Assembly: GCA_041654895.1 (NCBI GenBank)
Contig: JBAZCR010000005.1
Span: 1-63,253 of the forward strand
Reading direction: 5' to 3'
Length of the DNA stretch: 63,253 nt
Source: Candidatus Pacearchaeota archaeon
GTDB lineage: Archaea; Nanobdellota; Nanobdellia; Pacearchaeales; GW2011-AR1
Below are positions 49,523 to 55,833 of the stretch, piece by piece. A program made the translations under genes and the position numbers. The notes under the pieces are model-generated. The model searched no databases. It was given only the letters and a program-made list of their open reading frames with translations, and was not told where the DNA came from. Each line of letters opens with the position of its first letter. The first letter of the stretch is position 1.

Positions 49523-49711
49523 CGGTTAGCAGTGGACAGTAGACAGTAAACCGTAAACAGTAAACCGTAAACCGTAAACAGTAAACAGTAAACCGTAAAC
49601 AGTAAACCGTAAACCGTAAACAGTAAACCGTAAACCGTAAACAGTAAACAGTAAACCGTAAACCGTAAACAGTAAACCGTAAACCGTAAACAGTAAACCG
49701 TAAACAGTCTA
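49523..49711 (+). repeat. Heptamer block R3: 27-unit tandem array of CAGTAAA / CCGTAAA
   Basis: Counted by hand. Three degenerate units (cggttag cagtgga cagtaga) are followed by 23 perfect units and a final variant unit cagtcta. With A=cagtaaa and B=ccgtaaa, the order of the 23 is A B A B B A A B A B B A B B A A B B A B B A B. The array lies between the divergent PIN-operon and lipoprotein promoters. Confidence 0.95.
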
Positions 49712-49773
49712 CCCCCTTTTTGTCGCTACTCTTAAAACATAACATATTTAAATAGTGAATATTTCTATATTTC

Positions 49774-50547
49774 ATGCAAAAGAAAAGTAATTACATTAAA
49801 AATGGATTAATTGTTGGAGCTTTGTCTTTACCACTTTTATTTGGAGGATGTTATAAGGAAGGTCAACGGTCTACAGTCGACGGTCTACAGTCTACAGTTA
49901 ACAGTGAACAGTCAACAGTTTACAGTCAACAGACTCCGGCTGATAAAAAAATACCTAAATCTTTAGAGAGTATAGTTGGTTCTAAAAAGTTTCATGAAAA
50001 TCTATCAAATAAAGAATCCAAATCCTTAGATGAGAAATATGGTGATGATGTTGACTCAATACATCGTAAACTTTTTGATGAGGATATCGCATTATATGGA
50101 AAATCATCAACTGGCCTAGACATCTATACAGATATTGAAGAAAATGAAAATAAAGGATTCTATAACGTTGTATGGTATTCAGTGTTTAACAAAAAATTAG
50201 TGCGGTTAGCACGAAAAACAATACGAGAGACTCAACCACATACAACTGAAACATTTCTGGATATGTTTAAGAAGCAATATGGATATTTTACATATTTCTA
50301 TGGGTTAGGTCGTAGTACTATTAGTATATATAAAAATATAGAATCTGATGACTATGACCAACGATTTCCAGCGTTACTTTTTTCTATACCAAACTCTTCT
50401 TTTGTTAAATTTAAAAGAGATGACGATTTTGGCGTATTAAAAAGGGATGGAAGCATAGTAAATGAATATGGAATTATAGATAATATTTCAAAAGAAGACT
50501 TAGGAAAAGTGGAAAAACTCTGGGAAGCAACAGCTTTTTGGGACTGA
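49774..50547 (+). CDS. Putative lipoprotein of unknown function, with a heptamer-encoded linker
   Basis: 257 aa. Signal peptide plus lipobox-like LLFGGC, then GQRSTVDGLQSTVNSEQSTVYSQQ encoded by block R4, then a globular domain I cannot assign. Confidence 0.6.
   Translation: MQKKSNYIKNGLIVGALSLPLLFGGCYKEGQRSTVDGLQSTVNSEQSTVYSQQTPADKKIPKSLESIVGSKKFHENLSNKESKSLDEKYGDDVDSIHRKLFDEDIALYGKSSTGLDIYTDIEENENKGFYNVVWYSVFNKKLVRLARKTIRETQPHTTETFLDMFKKQYGYFTYFYGLGRSTISIYKNIESDDYDQRFPALLFSIPNSSFVKFKRDDDFGVLKRDGSIVNEYGIIDNISKEDLGKVEKLWEATAFWD
49861..49930 (+). repeat. Heptamer block R4 (10 units), in frame inside the lipoprotein gene
   Basis: ggtcaac ggtctac agtcgac ggtctac agtctac agttaac agtgaac agtcaac agtttac agtcaac. 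Confidence 0.9.
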
Positions 50548-50551
50548 TATC

Positions 50552-50586
50552 CGTAAACCGTCCACTGCCAACTGTTTACCGTAAAC
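50552..50586. repeat. Heptamer block R5 (5 units, partly inverted relative to R3)
   Basis: cgtaaac cgtccac tgccaac tgtttac cgtaaac. The reverse complement of 50557-50573 (AGTTGGCAGTGGACGGT) matches 49524-49540 (GGTTAGCAGTGGACAGT) at 14 of 17 positions. Confidence 0.8.
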
Positions 50587-50598
50587 CATCCGATACTT

Positions 50599-50658
50599 AT
50601 ATAAACTAAAGTTAATACATATAAACTATGGTTAACATATATAAACAGGAGTTGACAT
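50599..50658 (+). repeat. Three tandem 20-bp repeats spanning the nucleotidyltransferase start codon
   Basis: ATATAAACTAAAGTTAATAC / ATATAAACTATGGTTAACAT / ATATAAACAGGAGTTGACAT. Each unit ends in a GTTRAY element related to the heptamer core. The ATG at 50628 lies in unit 2. Confidence 0.85.
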
Positions 50659-51176
50659 TACTTCAACAAAATATATTAAGACTTTTATTTGTAAAAACAG
50701 GTTCTCAATTAAATCAAAGACAAATTGCAAATTTTTTAAATGTTACTTCTCCAGCCATAACAAAAGCACTCCCACATCTTGAGAAAGAAAAATTTATTAA
50801 AATTAGTAAGGATAAATACTCAAAAAGATTATCAATTGAATTAAATACAGACAATTTAAATGTCGTTCAATTGAAAAGAATAGATAATTTAAGCTTAATT
50901 TATGAAACAGGATTTGCAGATTTTCTCGAAAAGAATTTTATGGGAAGGACAATAATCTTATTCGGAAGTTATTCAAGAGGAGAAGACCATTTTAATTCAG
51001 ATATTGATATCGCCATAATCGGAGGAAAAGAAAAAAAATTAGATTTAATAAAATTTGAAAAGATATTTGAAAAACAAATCAATATAAATTTTTATTCTTC
51101 TTTCAAAGAAATTCATAATGATTTAAAGGAGAGCATATTAAATGGAATATTATTATTAGGAAGTGTTGAATTATGA
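50628..51176 (+). CDS. wHTH-fused minimal nucleotidyltransferase (MNT-type)
   Basis: 182 aa. N-terminal wHTH (LNQRQIANFLNVTSPAITKALPHLEKEKFI), then the NTase motif ILFGSYSRGEDHFNSDIDIAII. Confidence 0.75.
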   Translation: MVNIYKQELTLLQQNILRLLFVKTGSQLNQRQIANFLNVTSPAITKALPHLEKEKFIKISKDKYSKRLSIELNTDNLNVVQLKRIDNLSLIYETGFADFLEKNFMGRTIILFGSYSRGEDHFNSDIDIAIIGGKEKKLDLIKFEKIFEKQININFYSSFKEIHNDLKESILNGILLLGSVEL

Positions 51177-51616
51177 GATCAAAGAATTTTGATGAATTTA
51201 TAAGAATTGGAATCGTTAAAAAACAAACTCCTGATAAATCAAGAGGAAATTTTCTTATTAAAGAGTCAGAAAAAAATTTTAGTTATCTTTTAGAATTAAT
51301 TAAAAAAATAAAAATAGATGATATAAGTGCCAATAATTATGTTAAGATTTGTTACGATATAATCATGGGTTTAATAAGGGCAAAAATGTTTTTTGATGGT
51401 TATAAGACATCCGGATTTAGAGCACATGAGGTAGAAGTCACTTATTTTGAGAAAATAGGTTTTCCAGAAAAAGATGTTTTATTCTTAGATAAAATGAGAT
51501 ATTATAGGAATGGAATATTATATTATGGAACAATTATAAACGAAGAATACACACAAAAAGTAATTGATTTTACAAAAAAGATATATCATACATTAAAGGA
51601 AGCAGTTGACCGTTAA
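51173..51616 (+). CDS. HEPN-like domain protein (partner of the nucleotidyltransferase)
   Basis: 147 aa, helical. It has an ATGA overlap with the NTase gene. MRYYRNGILYYG resembles the conserved HEPN C-terminal helix. Confidence 0.6.
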   Translation: MRSKNFDEFIRIGIVKKQTPDKSRGNFLIKESEKNFSYLLELIKKIKIDDISANNYVKICYDIIMGLIRAKMFFDGYKTSGFRAHEVEVTYFEKIGFPEKDVLFLDKMRYYRNGILYYGTIINEEYTQKVIDFTKKIYHTLKEAVDR

Positions 51617-51638
51617 CCGTTTACTGTTTACATCTCAC
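51604..51638. repeat. Heptamer block R6 (5 units), containing the right terminal inverted repeat
   Basis: agttgac cgttaac cgtttac tgtttac atctcac. It overlaps the HEPN stop codon. Confidence 0.85.
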
Positions 51639-51684
51639 TTTCCTTTCACGAAAGAATTTTAAATCTATCTTAATTATACACTAT

Positions 51685-52794
51685 ATGGTAATTATCACAC
51701 CTTATTTATATGACGCTTCTCAAATAAAAGGAAAGGCATCAAAAGTTTTTTTTCCAAAGACAATAAATGAAGTTAAGAGAATCGTTCAATCAAATAAACA
51801 TATTTGTATAAGAGGTGGAGGCACAAGTTTAGTTGGAAGTAGTGTTCCTCAAAATGATGTTGTCTTAGACATGTCTAAATTAAATCACATCTCAAATTTA
51901 GATATAAACAGAAAAACTGTAGAGGTGGAAGCAGGAGTAATACTAGATGACTTACAAGATTACTTATCAGAAAACAATTTAGAATTCCCAGTTAATCCTT
52001 CAAGCCACGCAGTTTGCACTATTGGTGGAATGATCGCTACAGATGCCGTCGGAAGTAGAGCAATAAAATACGGACGAACATCAAAATGGATTAGATGGAT
52101 TGAAACAATAGATGCAAATGCAAATCTAACAAGAAACACAAACACAGAAATATCAGATTTTGCAAAGATGGAGGGAATAACAGGAATAATTGTAAAAGCC
52201 TGTTTAAATTTAACTAACAAAACACAAAAGACTGGCTCAATTTTTAAACTAAAAACAATAGAAGAAGTAATTCAAAAAACAAAAGAACTAAAGAAAAACC
52301 CCTCAATATCAATGATAGAATATTTAGATAAATCTGCTTCTAATAATATTGGTTTAGGGGATAACTATCATTTAATCGCTGAATTTGAAGACGATTCTGG
52401 CGAACTAAAAGATGAAAAATATACAAAACTATTACAAAAAAGAGACGAAGTATATCCTTTTTTAGCAGGAGAAGGCTATACACACATTGAAGATCCTAAA
52501 ATTATTTTAGACAAAATTGCCGGTTTATTAAAATGGTTAGAAAAAAATGATATTCCTTGTTTTGGCCATATTTCCGTAGGATTATTACATCCCTGCTTTA
52601 ATAAATCACAAGAAAATCTAATACCAGAAATGATGAAAATTGTTAAAAAACATAGTGGACAAATAAGTGGCGAACATGGAATAGGACTATTAAAAAAACA
52701 ATATGTAGACGAACAAGATAAAAAAATTATACAAAATATTAAAAAAAGAAAAGACAAACAAAACAAATTTAACCAAGGAAAAATAATTAATTAA
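51685..52794 (+). CDS. FAD-binding oxidoreductase (GlcD / D-lactate dehydrogenase-like), short form
   Basis: 369 aa. RGGGTSLVGSSVP (FAD_binding_4) and the C-terminal SGEHGIGLLKK motif. Confidence 0.75.
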   Translation: MVIITPYLYDASQIKGKASKVFFPKTINEVKRIVQSNKHICIRGGGTSLVGSSVPQNDVVLDMSKLNHISNLDINRKTVEVEAGVILDDLQDYLSENNLEFPVNPSSHAVCTIGGMIATDAVGSRAIKYGRTSKWIRWIETIDANANLTRNTNTEISDFAKMEGITGIIVKACLNLTNKTQKTGSIFKLKTIEEVIQKTKELKKNPSISMIEYLDKSASNNIGLGDNYHLIAEFEDDSGELKDEKYTKLLQKRDEVYPFLAGEGYTHIEDPKIILDKIAGLLKWLEKNDIPCFGHISVGLLHPCFNKSQENLIPEMMKIVKKHSGQISGEHGIGLLKKQYVDEQDKKIIQNIKKRKDKQNKFNQGKIIN

Positions 52795-52795
52795 T

Positions 52796-53005
52796 ATGAT
52801 AATAAATGTTAAAGTAAAGACAAATTCTAAAGAACAAAAAATAATAAAAGAAGATGAAAATAATTATATAGTCCTATTAAAAAAACAACCTATTGACGGA
52901 AAAGCAAATAAAGAATTATTAAAACTTTTGACAAAGCACTTTAAATCAAATGTTCTTCTCTTAAGAGGAGAAAAATCAAAAAATAAAATTATTAAAATAA
53001 ACTAA
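52796..53005 (+). CDS. DUF167 (YggU-like) protein
   Basis: 69 aa. VKVKTNSKEQKI...PIDGKANKELLKLLTKHF...LLRGEKSKNKIIKI fits the YggU pattern. Confidence 0.65.
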   Translation: MIINVKVKTNSKEQKIIKEDENNYIVLLKKQPIDGKANKELLKLLTKHFKSNVLLLRGEKSKNKIIKIN

Positions 53006-53427
53006 TGGCAATAAAATATATCTTAGCTGAAGATGTGAAAAAAAGAGCAGAAGAAATAATCGACCTAATGAATTGGACTCATATTGACAAAGAAAATGTT
53101 TCATACATTAGAAGTTTTGGCTCAACATCAAAAAATACTATTGCTCGTTGCCATGCATTAGGAAAAGCAATGCAAATAGGCATGAATAGAAAAACTTCTT
53201 TTTATCTCATAGAAGTAATTTCTGAAAACTTTGATAAATTATCTGAAAATGAAAAAATAAAAGTAATCATCCACGAACTAATGCATATTCCTAAAACTTT
53301 TGGTGGAGGTTTTATTCATCATGATAAAGTAACTGATAAAAATGTTGACATCCAATATAAAAGATATATTGATTTAAAGTTAGACGACAAAATATACAAC
53401 AGAGAGTATAAATCAAAATGGTTTTAA
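53005..53427 (+). CDS. Predicted zinc metallopeptidase (small archaeal HExxH family)
   Basis: 140 aa. IIHELMHIPKTFGGGFIHH preceded by IRSFGSTSKNTIARCHAL. Confidence 0.55.
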   Translation: MAIKYILAEDVKKRAEEIIDLMNWTHIDKENVSYIRSFGSTSKNTIARCHALGKAMQIGMNRKTSFYLIEVISENFDKLSENEKIKVIIHELMHIPKTFGGGFIHHDKVTDKNVDIQYKRYIDLKLDDKIYNREYKSKWF

Positions 53428-53714
53428 AAAAAATAACTTACCTAAATAAAAATAAAAAAATAAATTTAATTGTTAAACCTGTCTCAAATTTTTCTACAGG
53501 ACTAATGTTTAAAAGATCAACTCCTCCACTACTTTTTAATCTAAAAAAAGAAAAATTTTTTTCAATTACAGCTTTATTTTGTAAAGATTTTTTAGCAATT
53601 ACACTCGATAAAAACTATAAATTAATTAAGTCGCAAAAAGTTAAAGCAGGTACACTAAAAACAAAACTATATGGTCAATATCTAATTGAAATAATTCAAA
53701 ATTACGACGATTAA
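53418..53714 (+). CDS. Hypothetical protein, possibly DUF192-like
   Basis: 98 aa. The STGLMFKR motif is reminiscent of DUF192, but the match is weak. Confidence 0.4.
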   Translation: MVLKKITYLNKNKKINLIVKPVSNFSTGLMFKRSTPPLLFNLKKEKFFSITALFCKDFLAITLDKNYKLIKSQKVKAGTLKTKLYGQYLIEIIQNYDD

Positions 53715-53800
53715 CCGACGAGCAAATAGAAACATTTAAATATAAGAATAACTTTAAAAAATTATTAAGTTATCTAAAGAGGTAAAAAGGAGGTTGAAAA

Positions 53801-54049
53801 ATGGGAAAAATTGTTAAAAAAGGTGTTATCGAAAGAAAACCAGGTCATCTTTATTATGTAGATGCTCAAGGTAATGTTTGTGAGGCAAAGATGGCTAGGG
53901 GTGGTAAAAAGAAAAAAGCTGTTGCTAAAAAACCTGTTGCTAAAAAACCAGTAGCAAAAAAGACAGTAGCAAAAAAAGCACCAGCAAAAAAAGCACCTGC
54001 TAAAAAGCCAGTAGCAAAGAAAAAAGCTGCTCCTAAAAAGAAAAAATAA
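53801..54049 (+). CDS. Small basic protein with a histone-H1-like (A/P)(V/A)AKK repeat tail; putative nucleic-acid-binding protein
   Basis: 82 aa. N-terminal region GVIERKPGHLYYVDAQGNVCEAKM, then AVAKKPVAKKPVAKKTVAKKAPAKKAPAKKPVAKKKAAPKKKK. A strong GGAGGT Shine-Dalgarno sequence lies 7 nt upstream. Confidence 0.65.
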   Translation: MGKIVKKGVIERKPGHLYYVDAQGNVCEAKMARGGKKKKAVAKKPVAKKPVAKKTVAKKAPAKKAPAKKPVAKKKAAPKKKK

Positions 54050-54082
54050 ATAATTTTTTTATATTATTTAAATTTCATACTC

Positions 54083-54118
54083 AATGAACTCATTGAAAAG
54101 GGAGACAGTGAGTTCATT
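54083..54118. terminator. 10-bp perfect hairpin between convergent genes
   Basis: AATGAACTCA (54083-54092) pairs with TGAGTTCATT (54109-54118) across a 16-nt loop. It overlaps the iscU stop codon. Confidence 0.35.
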
Positions 54119-54500
54119 ATTTCTTTAATTTGTTTTTATAATCATCAATTGCCTTTCTTAATACATCTGCTGCTAAATTTGAACAATGTATTTTAATGTT
54201 AGGCAATCCTCCTAATCTTTCTAAAACATCTTTATTATCTATTTGATAAGCTTCATCTAAATTTTTTCCTTTTGCAATTTGTGTTAACATTGAAGAAGAA
54301 GCAATTGCAGCAGCACAACCAAAAGTTTGAAACTTAATATCCTCTATTTTATCTTCTTTAACTCTTATCATTATTTTTAAAACATCTCCACATCTAGCAT
54401 TACCAATCATTCCCTCTCCATCAGGCTCTTGCATCTCTCCCATATTCTTTGGATTTAAAAAATTCTCTTTGACAACTTCGTTATAATTTGTATTACTCAT
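54117..54500 (-). CDS. iscU: Fe-S cluster scaffold IscU/NifU-like
   Basis: 127 aa. GNARCGD, FGCAAAIASSS and HCSNLAADVL carry the three cluster-ligand Cys. Confidence 0.9.
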   Translation of the reverse strand: MSNTNYNEVVKENFLNPKNMGEMQEPDGEGMIGNARCGDVLKIMIRVKEDKIEDIKFQTFGCAAAIASSSMLTQIAKGKNLDEAYQIDNKDVLERLGGLPNIKIHCSNLAADVLRKAIDDYKNKLKK

Positions 54501-54696
54501 TTTTATTCAACTCTTTAATTATTTCATTAACATTAACACCATGTAATAAACAACCTTCCTCTATTGTTTCAAATTGAGCCATAGCACATCCTCCACACAT
54601 CAACCCTCTCTCCATTAAAATAAATCCTGCTTTTGGATTCTTCTCCATAACTTCTAAAAAAGTCATTTCTTTTGTTATTAAATTTTTATTCTTCAT
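54493..54696 (-). CDS. DUF1858-like small redox/disulfide protein
   Basis: 67 aa. ITKEMTFLEVMEKNPKAGFILMERGLMCGGCAMAQFETIEEG. Confidence 0.6.
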   Translation of the reverse strand: MKNKNLITKEMTFLEVMEKNPKAGFILMERGLMCGGCAMAQFETIEEGCLLHGVNVNEIIKELNKNE

Positions 54697-55831
54697 CTTT
54701 AATTTTAAATGGACTAATTTTTCTTAAATAATCCACATGTTCTTTTAATTTTTCAATAAAATAGTCTGCCTTTTCTTTGTCAATATCTTTATCTAAACTA
54801 ATCCTAATACTACCATGTGTATATAATTCGTCTACATTAATCGCCCTTAGCACATAACTTTCTTCTAAATTATACGACGAACAAGCCGAACCAGTAGAAA
54901 CATAAATACTATCTTTATCTAACAACAACATTAAACTCTCACCCTCAATTCCATAAAAAGAAACATTAATATTATTATATATTCTTTTTTCAATTGAACC
55001 ATTTATCTTAATCTTTTTTATTTCTTTTAACCTTTCTAAAATATAATCTCTATTTTTCTTTACCCTTTCAATCTCCAAATCTAAATCTAGTGCCTTAGAA
55101 AGACCAATTATCCCTAAAATATTTTCTGTTCCAGCTCTTAATTTAAATTCTTGCTCACCACCGTCAACAAACCTCTTAATTCTTGTTCCTAACTTAATAT
55201 ATAAAAAACCAATTCCCTTTGGTGCATTAAACTTATGTCCTGAAACACTCAATAAATCAACATTCAATTCTTTCACATTTAAAGGTATTTTCTTAAAACC
55301 TTGAACAATATCACTATGAAAATAAACTTCCTTTTCTTTACAAATTTCCCCTATCTCCTTAATTGGTTGAATAGTTCCAATTTCATTATTTACCCACATA
55401 ACACTGACAACCAAAGTATCTTTTCTAATCTTCTTTTTTATTTCACTAATATCCACAATCCCATCCTCATTAACCCTAATATAATCAACCTCATAACCTT
55501 TTTTTTCTAATACTTTACATGTATTAATAATTGAAGGATGTTCAATACAAGACACAACAATATGTTTTTTTTCAGGATGTGCTAAAGTAAGACCTTTAAT
55601 TGCAAAATTATTACTCTCTGTTGCACCACTAGTAAAAATTATCTCTTCAGAATCTGCATTAATATATTTAGCTATTTTTTTCCTTGCCTCATCAATTTTT
55701 TCTTTTACTTCCTTAGCAATTTTATATTGGCTCGAAGGATTTGCATAATGTCCCTCATTAAATTTTATTATTTCATCTATTACTTTTCTATCAATTTTAG
55801 TTGTAGCAGCATTATCTAAATAAACTTCCAT
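54686..55831 (-). CDS. nifS: Cysteine desulfurase (NifS/IscS class)
   Basis: 381 aa. YLDNAATT, the PLP-lysine motif SGHKFNAPKGIGFLY, and the active-site loop GSACSS. Confidence 0.9.
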   Translation of the reverse strand: MEVYLDNAATTKIDRKVIDEIIKFNEGHYANPSSQYKIAKEVKEKIDEARKKIAKYINADSEEIIFTSGATESNNFAIKGLTLAHPEKKHIVVSCIEHPSIINTCKVLEKKGYEVDYIRVNEDGIVDISEIKKKIRKDTLVVSVMWVNNEIGTIQPIKEIGEICKEKEVYFHSDIVQGFKKIPLNVKELNVDLLSVSGHKFNAPKGIGFLYIKLGTRIKRFVDGGEQEFKLRAGTENILGIIGLSKALDLDLEIERVKKNRDYILERLKEIKKIKINGSIEKRIYNNINVSFYGIEGESLMLLLDKDSIYVSTGSACSSYNLEESYVLRAINVDELYTHGSIRISLDKDIDKEKADYFIEKLKEHVDYLRKISPFKIKDEE

Positions 55832-55833
55832 AT

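Larger units (their letters stand above)
45975..51638. mobile_element. Candidate repeat-delimited accessory island / cargo cassette array; no recombinase inside
   Basis: Perfect 16-bp terminal inverted repeat: GTGAGATGTAAACAGT (45975-45990) and ACTGTTTACATCTCAC (51623-51638). Six internal blocks of 7-bp [A/C]GTNNAC repeats separate the gene modules. The cargo consists of surface proteins and TA-like pairs, while both flanks are housekeeping genes. Confidence 0.45.

Noticed and set aside
49523-49711. Possible CRISPR array.
   Set aside because: The period is 7 bp, there are no unique spacers, and no cas genes or leader are present. It is a microsatellite-type tandem repeat.
49523-49711. Telomere-like repeat: CCGTAAA resembles the CCCTAAA C-strand unit.
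   Set aside because: The tract is internal to a gene-dense prokaryotic segment, differs from the telomeric unit, and related degenerate blocks occur at five other internal sites. The resemblance is probably coincidental.
49506-49775. An 89-aa minus-strand ORF with (C/G)LRFTVY heptad repeats.
   Set aside because: It is simply the translation of the 27-unit heptamer array, whose minus strand has no stop codons in any frame. Its start overlaps the lipoprotein promoter and start region. I treated it as a repeat artefact, not a gene.
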